A stretch of 64,000 bases of DNA from Alphaproteobacteria bacterium. GTDB lineage: Bacteria; Pseudomonadota; Alphaproteobacteria; UBA828. The stretch is taken from NCBI GenBank assembly GCA_963667785.2, contig CAXXMU010000006.1:800001-864000 (forward strand). The letters are read 5' to 3'. Within the stretch, counting starts at the first letter, position 1; every line of letters begins with the position of its first letter. The notes below the pieces were generated by a model that was given only the letters and a program-made list of their open reading frames with translations, was not told the origin of the DNA and did no database searches. This document shows positions 1 through 9,325 of the stretch, piece after piece. The position numbers and the translations under genes were made by a program.

Positions 1-1435
1 CCTCCGCTTCGAGCAGGACTTTCCCGGCGCCCAGGTGGTGCGGCTGGAGCGCAACTACCGCTCCACCGGGCACATCCTCGCCGCCGCCTCCGGCCTCATC
101 GCCCGCAACGAGGGGCGGCTCGGCAAGACGCTCTGGACCGAGGGCGAAGCGGGCGAGAAGGTCCGCATCACCGAGTGCTGGGACGGCGAGGAGGAAGCCC
201 GCGCCGTGGGCGAGGCGATCGAGGCGCTGCAGCGCGCAGGCGACGGGCTCGACGAGATCGCCATCCTCGTCCGCGCCGGCTTCCAGACCCGCGCCTTCGA
301 GGAGCGCTTCCTCACCATCGCCCTGCCCTATCGCGTGATCGGCGGCCAGCGCTTCTACGAGCGCCTGGAGATCCGGGACGCCGTCGCCTACATCCGCATC
401 GTCGTCCGCCCCGACGACGACCTCGCCTTCGAGCGGATCGTGAACCTGCCGAAGCGGGGTCTGGGCGAGGTCTCTCTCCGCCCCATCCACGAGCTCGCGC
501 GGAGCGGCGGGCTCTCGCTCTACCGGGCGGCGGAGCGGCTGATCGAGACAGACGAGCTCAGGCCCAGCGCCCGCACCGCGCTCGGCCGGCTGATCGAGCG
601 GCTCCGTGCCTGGCGCGCCGCGCTGAACCAGACGCCGCATCCCGAGGTGGTGGCGACGATGCTGGACGACTCCGGCTACACCGGCATGTGGCAGAAGGAC
701 CGCTCGCCGCAGGCGCCGGGCCGGCTCGAGAACCTGCGGGAGCTGGTGGGCGCGCTCGCCGAGTTCGAGGACCTGCCGTCCTTCCTCGACCATGTGAGCC
801 TGGTCATGGACCGCGAGGGCGACGGGACCGAGGAAATGGTCAACATCATGACGCTGCACGGCGCCAAGGGGCTGGAGTTCGACAGCGTGTTCCTGCCGGG
901 GTGGGAGGAAGGGCTCTTCCCCCACCAGCTTGCGCTCGACGAGGCCGGCCACGCCGGGCTGGAGGAGGAGCGCCGCCTCGCCTACGTCGGCCTCACCCGC
1001 GCCAGGCGCCGCGCGCACGTGCTCTTCGCCGCCAACCGCTTCCGCCACAACCAGTGGGTGAGCGCCATTCCCTCGCGCTTCGTGGACGAGCTCGCGCCGG
1101 AGAGCGTGACGCTCGCGGACGAGACCGGAATGCGTCCGCCGGCGCCGGGCGGGCTCTATCTCGGCCGCGGCGGTCATGGCGGCGCACGGCGCCTTCGCTC
1201 CGAGCATGCCGGCTATCGCGGGCGGGGAGAGCCCGTCACCATCGAGGCGACGGCGGTGCCGGCAGGCGACGGGGCCGGCGCGGAGGGCTATGCGGCCGGC
1301 GAGCGCATCTTCCACCAGAAGTTCGGCTACGGGCGGATCACCTCGGTGGAGGGCGACAAGCTCGAGATCGCCTTCGAGAAGGCCGGCACCAAGAAGATCA
1401 TCGACCGCTTCGTTCAGCCCGCCGAGAGCGTGTGA
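1..1435 (+). CDS. uvrD: UvrD/PcrA/Rep family DNA helicase, 5'-truncated by the window edge
   Basis: Frame open from position 2. SF1 helicase motifs LERNYRST, MTLHGAKGLEF and EEERRLAYVGLTRA; C-terminal Tudor-like HQKFGYG. Confidence 0.93.
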   Translation, partial: LRFEQDFPGAQVVRLERNYRSTGHILAAASGLIARNEGRLGKTLWTEGEAGEKVRITECWDGEEEARAVGEAIEALQRAGDGLDEIAILVRAGFQTRAFEERFLTIALPYRVIGGQRFYERLEIRDAVAYIRIVVRPDDDLAFERIVNLPKRGLGEVSLRPIHELARSGGLSLYRAAERLIETDELRPSARTALGRLIERLRAWRAALNQTPHPEVVATMLDDSGYTGMWQKDRSPQAPGRLENLRELVGALAEFEDLPSFLDHVSLVMDREGDGTEEMVNIMTLHGAKGLEFDSVFLPGWEEGLFPHQLALDEAGHAGLEEERRLAYVGLTRARRRAHVLFAANRFRHNQWVSAIPSRFVDELAPESVTLADETGMRPPAPGGLYLGRGGHGGARRLRSEHAGYRGRGEPVTIEATAVPAGDGAGAEGYAAGERIFHQKFGYGRITSVEGDKLEIAFEKAGTKKIIDRFVQPAESV

Positions 1436-1442
1436 TCCTCAC

Positions 1443-2906
1443 TCACCCGCGCAAACGCTCGATGGTGCCGGTGGTGCTGTAGCCGGGCTCGTTCTCGGCG
1501 ATCAGCACGCTGCCACCGTAGCCCTGCACGATGTCGGCGCCCACCACTTCCGCCACCGTGTAGTCGGAGCCCTTGACCAGGCAGTCCGGCCGCAGCGCCT
1601 CGATCAGGCGGACCGGCGTGTCGTCCGCGAAGATCACGACCAGATCGACCGTCTCCAGCGAGGCCAGCACCTGCGCCCGCGCCGCCTCGCCCTGGACCGG
1701 GCGCCCCTCGCCCTTCAGCCGGCGCACCGAGGCGTCGCTGTTGAGGCCGACGACGAGCCGGTCCGCCGCCTGCCGCGCCTGGCGCAGCAGCGAGATGTGG
1801 CCCGGATGCAGCAGGTCGAAGCAGCCGTTGGTGAAGCCGACGCGCTGCCCTTCCGCCCGCCAGCCGGCGACGGTCTCGAGCGCGGTTGCGAGCGGCATGA
1901 TCTTCGCCTCGGAGGCGGAGAGATCGCCGGCGCGCACCGCGTGCAGCAGGTCGGCGGCGCCGACGGCGGCCGTGCCCGCCTTGGCGACCGCAACGCCGGC
2001 GGCCGCGTTCGCGAGCTCGGCGCATGCCCTGAGCTCGATGCCCTGGCCGAGGGCGGCGGCCAGCGTCGCCACCACGGTGTCGCCCGCGCCGGAGACGTCG
2101 AACACCTCCCGCGCCTCGGCTGCGAGGTGGGCGACCGGGCCGTCTGCGGAGACCAGCGTCATGCCGTCGCGGCTGCGCGTCACCAGGATCGCGCCGAGGC
2201 GATGGCGGGCGATGAGGCGCGCGCAGGCGGCGACGATGGCCTCGTCGCTCTCGAGGCTCTCGCCGGCCGCCTGGGCGAGCTCGGCGCGGTTCGGCGTGAG
2301 CACGGCGGCACCGGCGTAGCGCGCGTAGTCGCGGCCCTTGGGATCGACCACCACGGGCCTGCCGGCGCGGTGCGCGGCGTCGATCAGGCGTTGCGCGAGG
2401 TCGGCGGTCAGCACCCCCTTGGCGTAGTCGGAGAGCGCCACCACGTCGCAGGCCGCGAACGCATCGCCGGCAAGGCCGATCAGGCTCTCGGCCGAGCGCG
2501 GCCGGATCGCCTCGGTGGTCTCCGAATCGGCCCGCAGGAGCTGCTGGGAGCCCGCGACGAAACGGGTCTTCTCGGTGGAGATGCGCCCGCGCTCCACCAG
2601 CAGGTGCGGCTCGACCCTCTCCTCGCGCCCGACCATGCCCGTGAGCCGGCGCCCCACCTCGTCGTCGCCGATCACCGAGAGCAGCGTCGCATGGGCGCCG
2701 AGGGAGACAAGATTGCGCACCACGTTGCCGGCGCCGCCCAGCATGTAGACGTCGCGGTCGGTGCGCAGGATCGGCACCGGCGCCTCGGGCGAGGTGCGCT
2801 CGACCCGCCCGTAGACGAAGCGGTCCAGCATCACGTCGCCGACGCAGGCGACGCGGCTCATGCCGAGCGTCTCGATATGGCTGGCAAGCGCGGACGGGTC
2901 GGCCAT
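1443..2906 (-). CDS. hldE: Bifunctional heptose 7-phosphate kinase / heptose 1-phosphate adenylyltransferase
   Basis: PfkB domain (GDVMLDRF, SPEAPVP, DVSGAGDT) fused to a cytidylyltransferase-like domain (FTNGCFDLLHPGH, KGSDY). Start set at ATG 2906. Confidence 0.93.
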   Translation of the reverse strand: MADPSALASHIETLGMSRVACVGDVMLDRFVYGRVERTSPEAPVPILRTDRDVYMLGGAGNVVRNLVSLGAHATLLSVIGDDEVGRRLTGMVGREERVEPHLLVERGRISTEKTRFVAGSQQLLRADSETTEAIRPRSAESLIGLAGDAFAACDVVALSDYAKGVLTADLAQRLIDAAHRAGRPVVVDPKGRDYARYAGAAVLTPNRAELAQAAGESLESDEAIVAACARLIARHRLGAILVTRSRDGMTLVSADGPVAHLAAEAREVFDVSGAGDTVVATLAAALGQGIELRACAELANAAAGVAVAKAGTAAVGAADLLHAVRAGDLSASEAKIMPLATALETVAGWRAEGQRVGFTNGCFDLLHPGHISLLRQARQAADRLVVGLNSDASVRRLKGEGRPVQGEAARAQVLASLETVDLVVIFADDTPVRLIEALRPDCLVKGSDYTVAEVVGADIVQGYGGSVLIAENEPGYSTTGTIERLRG

Positions 2907-3065
2907 GACGGCTCTGTTCCGGCGTCGTCGCGAAGGGCGGCCGCACGGTACAGGATTGCCGGCCCAAGACAAGCAGTCCGACTCTCGATCATATCCCTCA
3001 GGCGCCGGGCCTGGATCCCGGCCCTCCCGGTGCCCCATCCCTCGCCCGCGCTCGCCGCTACGCCG

Positions 3066-3094
3066 TTGCATGTGACTTCATAGGACATTACTAT
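3066..3094 (+). promoter_or_regulatory. Sigma70-type promoter of the TA operon, with an overlapping imperfect palindrome (possible operator)
   Basis: TTGCAT (3066-3071), 17-nt spacer, TACTAT (3089-3094). ACATTA-cta-TGATGT imperfect inverted repeat (3085-3099) covers the -10. Confidence 0.6.
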
Positions 3095-3119
3095 GATGTT
3101 ATTGACAGTGGAGGGGAGC

Positions 3120-3341
3120 ATGAGCCAGGTCACAGCGCGCCTGCCGGACGCTCTCGTCGCCGCGCTGGACGAGGCGGCCGCCAAGCTGCGGCGCAGCCGG
3201 GCCGACGTCATCCGTCAGGCGGTCGAACGCTACCTCGAGGATTTCGACGACCTCTCGGTCGCCGTCGAGCGCCTCCGCGATCCCAGCGATCGGGTGCTGG
3301 ACTGGGACCGGGTTCGGCATGCGCTACGCGATACGGATTAA
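3120..3341 (+). CDS. Ribbon-helix-helix (CopG/RelB-like) antitoxin
   Basis: 73 aa with RHH pattern VTARLPDALVAALD..SRADVIRQAVERYL. GGAGGGGAG RBS before ATG 3120. Overlaps the toxin gene. Confidence 0.85.
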   Translation: MSQVTARLPDALVAALDEAAAKLRRSRADVIRQAVERYLEDFDDLSVAVERLRDPSDRVLDWDRVRHALRDTD

Positions 3342-3585
3342 GGCGAGCGCGGCACGGGAGTTGCAGCGCATCGAGAGAGCCAACCGGGAGCGCTTGGTCG
3401 CGGCCATCGACCGATTGGCCGAGAACCCGTTGGCGGGCAGTGCGCTGAAGGGAGAGCTGCGGGGTCTGCGGCGCGTCCGCGTCGGCGGCTACCGGGTGCT
3501 CTACGAAGTGCGGGAGCGCGATCTGGTCGTTCTCGTCCTGCGCGCCGCCCATCGCCACGACGCCTACCGCCTGCGATCACGGTGA
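3319..3585 (+). CDS. RelE/ParE family type II toxin
   Basis: 88 aa, basic, with LKGELRGLRRVRVGGYRVLY..HR..Y typical of RelE/StbE. Confidence 0.88.
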   Translation: MRYAIRIKASAARELQRIERANRERLVAAIDRLAENPLAGSALKGELRGLRRVRVGGYRVLYEVRERDLVVLVLRAAHRHDAYRLRSR

Positions 3586-3700
3586 TCGGCGCCCGTCAGC
3601 ACGCCGCATCCGACGACGCCCGTCAACCAGCACGGCCGCTTGCCCGGCCCGCAGGCGCGCGCCACTATCGGCCCGACCGACACCGACCGGGATCCGCCCC

Positions 3701-5614
3701 ATGACCAGCCGCTACGACGAGACCTATGCCCGCTCGCTCAGGGACCCGGAGGGGTTTTGGGCCGAGGCGGCCGAGGCCATCGACTGGGAGAAGCGGTGGG
3801 ATCGCGTCTTCGACGGCTCGCGCCAGCCGTTCAACCGCTGGTTCCCGGGCGCCCGTGTCAACACCTGCCACAACGCGCTCGACCGCCACGTGGCGGCCGG
3901 CCGCGGCGCGCAGACGGCGCTGATCTACGACAGCCCGGTCACCGGCACCGTGCGGAGCTTCAGCTACGCCGAGCTCCAGGACCTCGCCGCCCGCTTCGCC
4001 GGCGCGCTCAGGAGCCGGGGCGTACGTGCGGGCGATCGCGTGGTCCTCTACATGCCGATGATCCCCGAAGCCGTCATCGCGATGCTGGCCTGCGCCCGCA
4101 TCGGCGCCGTCCATTCGGTGGTGTTCGGCGGCTTCGCGGCCAACGAGCTGGCGACGCGGATCGACGACGCCAGGCCGAAGATCATCGTCTGCGGCTCCTG
4201 CGGCATCGAGGTCAACCGCGTCATCCCCTACAAGCCGCTGCTGGACGAGGCGATCGAGCGGGCGAGCCACAAGCCGGACGCCTGCATCGTCGTGCAGCGG
4301 CCGGAGCAGGAGGCGCCGCTCGTCGCCGGCCGCGACGAGACCTGGGCCGACGTCATGGCCGGCGCGGACGCGGTCGACTGCGTGCCCGTCGCCGCCACCG
4401 ACCCGCTCTACATCCTCTACACCTCCGGCACCACCGGCGATCCCAAGGGCATCGTGCGCGACAATGGCGGGCACCTGGTGGTGCTCAACTGGAGCATGCA
4501 CGCCGTCTACAACCGCACGCCGGGCGAGGTGTGGTGGGCGGCGTCGGACATCGGCTGGGTGGTCGGCCACTCCTATATCGTCTACGCGCCGCTGGTCTAC
4601 GGCTGCCCCTCGATCCTCTTCGAGGGCAAGCCGGTGGGCACGCCCGACGCCGGCGCCTACTGGCGGCTGATCGCGGAGCACGGGGTGAGCGCCATGTTCA
4701 CAGCGCCGACGGCGTTCCGCGCGATCAAGCGCGAGGATCCCGACGCGGCACGTCTCGCTGACTACGACATCTCCTGCTTCGACACGCTCTTCCTCGCCGG
4801 CGAGCGCACCGATCCCGACACCCTCGCCTGGGCCGAGCGGCACCTGGAGCGCCCGGTCTACGACCACTGGTGGCAGACCGAATCCGGCTGGCCCATGGGC
4901 GCCAACTGCGCCGGCCTCGGCGCGCTGCCGGTCAAGCCCGGCTCGCCGACCAAGCCGGTGCCCGGCTACCGCATCGAGGTGGTGGACGAGGCGGGCGAGC
5001 AGGTGCCGCGGGGCGAGATCGGCGCGATCGTGGTCAAGCAGCCGCTGCCGCCGGGCTTCACGCCGACGCTCTGGAACAACGATGCGCGCTTCGAGGAGGT
5101 CTACTTCACCCGCTATCCCGGCTACTACGTGACGGGCGATGCCGGCGTCCTCGACGAGGACGGCTATCTCTGGATCATGAGCCGCACCGACGACATCATC
5201 AACGTCGCCGGCCATCGCCTCTCCACCGGCGCGATGGAGGAGGTGCTGGCGGCGCACCAGGACGTGGCCGAATGCGCCGTCGTCGGCGTCGCCGATGCGC
5301 TGAAGGGGCAGCTCCCGCTCGGCTTCGTGGTGCTGAAAGCCGGAGTCAACCGGCCGCCCGAGGAGATCGTGGCTGAGCTCGTGCGCATGGTGCGCGAGAG
5401 CATCGGCCCGGTCGCCGCCTTCAAGCAGGCGGCGGTGGTCGACCGCCTGCCCAAGACCCGCTCGGGCAAGATCCTGCGCAGCACCATGGCTAAGATCGCC
5501 GACGGCGAGACGGTCAAGACTCCGGCCACCATCGACGACCCGGCGATCCTGGGCGAGATCGCCGATGCCATCCGCCCGCTCGGCTACGGCAACGGCGCGC
5601 CCGCGGGAGATTAG
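3701..5614 (+). CDS. prpE: Propionyl-CoA synthetase-like acyl-CoA ligase
   Basis: YILYTSGTTGDPKG, HSVVFGGFA, DHWWQTE, INVAGHRLS and LPKTRSGKILR motifs. Confidence 0.85.
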   Translation: MTSRYDETYARSLRDPEGFWAEAAEAIDWEKRWDRVFDGSRQPFNRWFPGARVNTCHNALDRHVAAGRGAQTALIYDSPVTGTVRSFSYAELQDLAARFAGALRSRGVRAGDRVVLYMPMIPEAVIAMLACARIGAVHSVVFGGFAANELATRIDDARPKIIVCGSCGIEVNRVIPYKPLLDEAIERASHKPDACIVVQRPEQEAPLVAGRDETWADVMAGADAVDCVPVAATDPLYILYTSGTTGDPKGIVRDNGGHLVVLNWSMHAVYNRTPGEVWWAASDIGWVVGHSYIVYAPLVYGCPSILFEGKPVGTPDAGAYWRLIAEHGVSAMFTAPTAFRAIKREDPDAARLADYDISCFDTLFLAGERTDPDTLAWAERHLERPVYDHWWQTESGWPMGANCAGLGALPVKPGSPTKPVPGYRIEVVDEAGEQVPRGEIGAIVVKQPLPPGFTPTLWNNDARFEEVYFTRYPGYYVTGDAGVLDEDGYLWIMSRTDDIINVAGHRLSTGAMEEVLAAHQDVAECAVVGVADALKGQLPLGFVVLKAGVNRPPEEIVAELVRMVRESIGPVAAFKQAAVVDRLPKTRSGKILRSTMAKIADGETVKTPATIDDPAILGEIADAIRPLGYGNGAPAGD

Positions 5615-5761
5615 AGTGTGTCCGTTTTGCACGGAGACGCTCCCGCCTCTTTATCGCTCACGGCAGCCGGCCTGCGGCCGGCGCCTGCGCGGGCGCGCCG
5701 CAGGAGCGGCGGGCCGCAGTCGCGGCCTGTCGCGTATCCGCCAAAGACGGATACGCTCTAG
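5611..5761 (-). repeat. Intergenic multi-hairpin repeat, copy 1 (complete, inverted relative to the other copies)
   Basis: Reverse complement reads CTAGAGCGTATCCGTC..GGCGGATACGCGACAGGCCGCGACTGCGGCCCGCCGC..GCCGGCTGCCGTGAGCGA..ACGGACACACTCTAA, matching copies at 17656, 22286 and 51857. Confidence 0.9.
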
Positions 5762-6327
5762 CCTGGCCGGGGCTCGCCGGAGGGACGAAGAATGGTGAGC
5801 GCGGTCCTGCCATAGCGGCGGTGGTCGCGCGGGGCGAGCGCTGCCGGCGGCTCGAAGGGGTCGTCCACCCCGTGCTCCACGACGACCGTGGCGTCCCCAG
5901 CGAGCCAGCCGCCGTCCACCAGGGCAGCCAGCGCGGGCACCGCGAGGTTGCTGCGCCAGGGCGGGTCGAGCAGCGCCAGGTCGCACGCCTGCTCGGCCGG
6001 CGGCAGGCGGGTCGCATCACAGGCGAGAACGGACGCGCGATCGCCGCAGCCCAGCGCCTCGATATTGGCGCGAAGCACGCCGCGCACGTCCGCCTCGCCT
6101 TCGACGGCGGTGAGCGCCGCGGCGCCGCGCGAGAGAGCCTCCAGCCCCAGCGCGCCGGTGCCCGCGAAGAGATCGACCACCCGCGCGCCTTCCAGCGGTC
6201 CCGCCATCCCGCCATGGACGAGGATGTCGAAGAGCGCCTCGCGCACCCGCTCGGCCGTGGGCCGCACCCGCGCGCCGGCCGGCGCGCGCAGCCGGCGGCC
6301 GCGCAGGCTACCGCCGACGATCCGCAC
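5758..6327 (-). CDS. rsmD: 16S rRNA m2G966 methyltransferase
   Basis: MRIVGG..RPT..RVREALF, DLFAGTGALGLEALSRGA, DPPW. Confidence 0.92.
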   Translation of the reverse strand: MRIVGGSLRGRRLRAPAGARVRPTAERVREALFDILVHGGMAGPLEGARVVDLFAGTGALGLEALSRGAAALTAVEGEADVRGVLRANIEALGCGDRASVLACDATRLPPAEQACDLALLDPPWRSNLAVPALAALVDGGWLAGDATVVVEHGVDDPFEPPAALAPRDHRRYGRTALTILRPSGEPRPG

Positions 6328-7087
6328 CGGGCCCGCGCCTCTTGCCGCCGAGCTGGTCGCGCAGCACCCGCGCCGGTATTTCGGCGATCTCGCCGCGCGG
6401 CAGGTTACCGAGCTGGAAGGGCCCGTAGGCCGTGCGGATCAGGCGGCTCACCGGCAGGTCGAGATGGCCGAGCACGATGCGGATCTCGCGGTAGCGGCCC
6501 TCGGTGAGCGTGAGGGTAAGCCAGGCGTTGCGCCGGTTCTGCCGGTCGAGCTCGGCCTCGATGGGGCGATAGCGGACGCCGCCTGCGGTAATCCCCCTGG
6601 CGAGCGCCTCCAGCGCATCCTGCCCGGGCTCGCCGCGCACGCGCACCCGGTAGCGGCGCCGCCAGCCTTTCGCGGGATGCTCGAGAGTACGCGCGAGCGC
6701 GCCGTCGTTGGTGAGCAGCAACAGCCCTTCGGAGTTGAAATCGAGCCGCCCGACCGAGAGAACGTGGCCGAGGCGATCCGCGACCTTCTCGAACACGGTC
6801 GGCCGGCCCTGCGGGTCGCGGTGGCTGGTGATGAGGCCCGGCGGCTTGTGGTAGCGCCAGAGCCGGGCCGGCGCAGGCGCCGGCAGCGGGGCGCCGTCCA
6901 CAGTGATCGGGCTCGCATCGTCGACGTTGATCGCCGGATCGGAGACCACGGTGCCGCCCAGCGTGACGCGGCCTGCGGCGATCAGCCGCTCGGCGTCGCG
7001 GCGCGAGCAGAGCCCGGCCCGGGCGATCCGCTTGGCGATGCGCTCGCCGGAGGGGCTCGCTCTGGATTGCGGGCGCTTAGCCCGCAT
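6308..7087 (-). CDS. rluB: rRNA pseudouridine synthase, RluB/RsuA family, with S4 domain
   Basis: GERIAKRIARAGLCSRRDAE S4 domain; catalytic GRLDFNSEGLLL; EGRYREIR. Confidence 0.85.
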   Translation of the reverse strand: MRAKRPQSRASPSGERIAKRIARAGLCSRRDAERLIAAGRVTLGGTVVSDPAINVDDASPITVDGAPLPAPAPARLWRYHKPPGLITSHRDPQGRPTVFEKVADRLGHVLSVGRLDFNSEGLLLLTNDGALARTLEHPAKGWRRRYRVRVRGEPGQDALEALARGITAGGVRYRPIEAELDRQNRRNAWLTLTLTEGRYREIRIVLGHLDLPVSRLIRTAYGPFQLGNLPRGEIAEIPARVLRDQLGGKRRGPGADRRR

Positions 7088-7376
7088 TTCTCACCATGCT
7101 CCGACCCCGACGTGAGAAGGCGGGCGTTCTCCCGCTCCCGGACAGTGCCGGCGGGCCGGGCATGGTGGCACGGGGGGCGCACGCGATCCAGCGGGCGGCG
7201 CCCGGCGTGAGCGGCGCAAAACGTTTGCGCAGGTCCGGGTCTCGCTCTACTGTTTCCGTCCGGCCCGGAAGCGGATGGCATCGTCGCCCGAGTGGCGCTG
7301 GCAGCCGGTCGACGCGGTGCGTCTTGAGCGAAGCACGTGCCGGCTCCGGGGCCGGGCTGACGACGCGGAGGGAGAG

Positions 7377-7970
7377 ATGTTCCGGCGCAAGGGCAGCGAT
7401 CAGGACGAGGAGCTCCGCGGCCAAGAAGCCGACGAGAACCGCGAGCCCGGCGGCGCGTTCGAGGCCCCGCAGGAGCGTGGGGTGCCGAGCAAGACCGTCA
7501 TGTTTCACCCGGACGTGCCGCGCGCAGGCGTCCCCGACATCGTGCCGGCGGATCCGCCGAAGCGGGTGGAGAGCGACCCCAAGCGGCTGACCGTGGGCCG
7601 GGAAACCACCATCTCCGGCGGTACCATCGTGGATTGCGACCGCCTGACGGTGGAAGGCGTCGTCGACGCCACGGTGCCGGAGGGCCGGGTGCTGGAGATC
7701 GTGAAGGGCGGCTCCTTCAAGGGCAGCGCGACGGTCGACAACGCCGACATCGCCGGCACGTTCGAGGGCGAGCTCAAGGTCAAGAAGCGGCTCTTCATCC
7801 GGGCGTCCGGCCGGGTCTCGGGGACCATCCGCTACGGCCAGTTCGAGGTCGAGCGGGGCGGGCGCATCGAGGGCAGCATCGAGTACGACCCGGCGGACCG
7901 CGAGGCTGACCTGCAGCCGGTGGCCCTGCCGCAGGCAGCCGACGGCACCGCCGCACCGCAGGGAGACTGA
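7377..7970 (+). CDS. Bactofilin (polymer-forming cytoskeletal protein)
   Basis: Beta-helix repeats LTVEGVV, ADIAGTFEGEL and GRVSGTIRYGQFEVERGGRIEG. GGAG RBS before ATG 7377. Confidence 0.85.
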   Translation: MFRRKGSDQDEELRGQEADENREPGGAFEAPQERGVPSKTVMFHPDVPRAGVPDIVPADPPKRVESDPKRLTVGRETTISGGTIVDCDRLTVEGVVDATVPEGRVLEIVKGGSFKGSATVDNADIAGTFEGELKVKKRLFIRASGRVSGTIRYGQFEVERGGRIEGSIEYDPADREADLQPVALPQAADGTAAPQGD

Positions 7971-7977
7971 GCCGGGC

Positions 7978-8700
7978 TCAGCGCTTGCGCCGGCCGGGTC
8001 GGGCCCGGCCTTTCCCGCCCGCCTTCCGCACCGGCTTGTCGTCCGCTTGCGCCGGCGGCGTGCCGTCCGCCGTCGTCTTGGCCGAATAGCCGCAGAGATC
8101 GTGCACGCAGCAGGCCGCGCAATCCGGCGTGCGCGCCTTGCAGACATAGCGGCCGTGCAGGATCAGCCAGTGATGCGCATGCTGCTTGAAGCGCTCGGGC
8201 ACGACGGCGTTGAGGCCGTCCTCGACCGCGCGCGGCGTCTTTCCCGGCGCGAGCCCGCTCCGGTTCGCGAGCCGGAAGATGTGGGTATCGACCGCGATGG
8301 TGGGCTCGCCGAAGACCGTGTTGAGCACCACGTTGGCGGTCTTGCGGCCGACCCCCGGCAAGGCCTCCAGCGCGGCGCGATCGGCGGGGACGCGGCCGCC
8401 GTGCTCCTCGACCAGCGCCCGGCTGAGCGCGATTACGTTCTTCGCCTTGGTATTGAAGAGGCCGATGGTCTTGATGTGCTCCTTCAGCCGCTCCTCGCCG
8501 AGAGCGAGCATGGCGGCCGGCGTCTCGACCTCGGCGAAGAGCGCCCTGGTCGCCTTGTTCACCCCCTTGTCGGTCGCCTGGGCGGACAGCACCACGGCGA
8601 CGAGCAGGGTGTAGGGGTTGCGGTAGTCGAGCTCGGTGGTCGGTGCGTCGATACGCGCGGCGAGCCGTTCGAAGAAGGCGGTGACAGCGGCGTCCTTCAT
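7978..8700 (-). CDS. nth: Endonuclease III
   Basis: LVAVVLSAQATD, HhH LPGVGRKTANVV, VDTHIFR and FeS motif C-x6-C-x2-C-x5-C. Confidence 0.95.
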   Translation of the reverse strand: MKDAAVTAFFERLAARIDAPTTELDYRNPYTLLVAVVLSAQATDKGVNKATRALFAEVETPAAMLALGEERLKEHIKTIGLFNTKAKNVIALSRALVEEHGGRVPADRAALEALPGVGRKTANVVLNTVFGEPTIAVDTHIFRLANRSGLAPGKTPRAVEDGLNAVVPERFKQHAHHWLILHGRYVCKARTPDCAACCVHDLCGYSAKTTADGTPPAQADDKPVRKAGGKGRARPGRRKR

Positions 8701-8847
8701 GGGCCGTGCAGGGTATCGTGACGGGCCGCCGGCGCAAGGCAGGGCGCCCGGCGAGCGGCAGCGGCGCTTGCATCCGCCGGGGGCCGCGGATAGGGTGGCG
8801 CGCGCCGGCGGGCGGGCAACCGCCGGCTCACGAGAGGAGTGAGGCGC

Positions 8848-9234
8848 ATGGCACGCGTGACGGTCGAGGATTGCGTCCGGATGGTCCCCAACCGGTTCGA
8901 GCTCGTGCTGCTCGCGTCTCAGCGCGCCCGCGACATCCGTTCGGGCGCCGAACTGGCGGTCGAGAAGGACAACGACAAGAACGCCGTCATCGCGCTCCGC
9001 GAGATCGCCGAGGAGGCGATCGACCTCGAGACGCTCCGCCACGAGCTGGAGCACGGGCGGGAAGTCGACGCCGATATCGACGAGCCGGACGAAGATGCCA
9101 TGGCGGTGCTGGCGGCCGAGGCCGCCTGGGCCGGCGTGACCGGCCAGTCGGCGGCCCCGAACGACGCCGACGAGAACGACGGCGAGGACGTCCCATCCGA
9201 AGAGCCGGAGACCGAGGCGGAAGCGGAGGAGTAG
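8848..9234 (+). CDS. rpoZ: RNA polymerase omega subunit
   Basis: [30 protein letters not shown]; lies directly upstream of spoT. Confidence 0.96.
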   Translation: MARVTVEDCVRMVPNRFELVLLASQRARDIRSGAELAVEKDNDKNAVIALREIAEEAIDLETLRHELEHGREVDADIDEPDEDAMAVLAAEAAWAGVTGQSAAPNDADENDGEDVPSEEPETEAEAEE

Positions 9235-9325
9235 CGCCGGCCGGCGGCGCATCGGGGGTCGCAGGGCCGCAGCCCGCCCGCGTGCGGCCGGCCCTCGCCC
9301 GCGCCGGGCGAGCGCTTCAGCGGCC

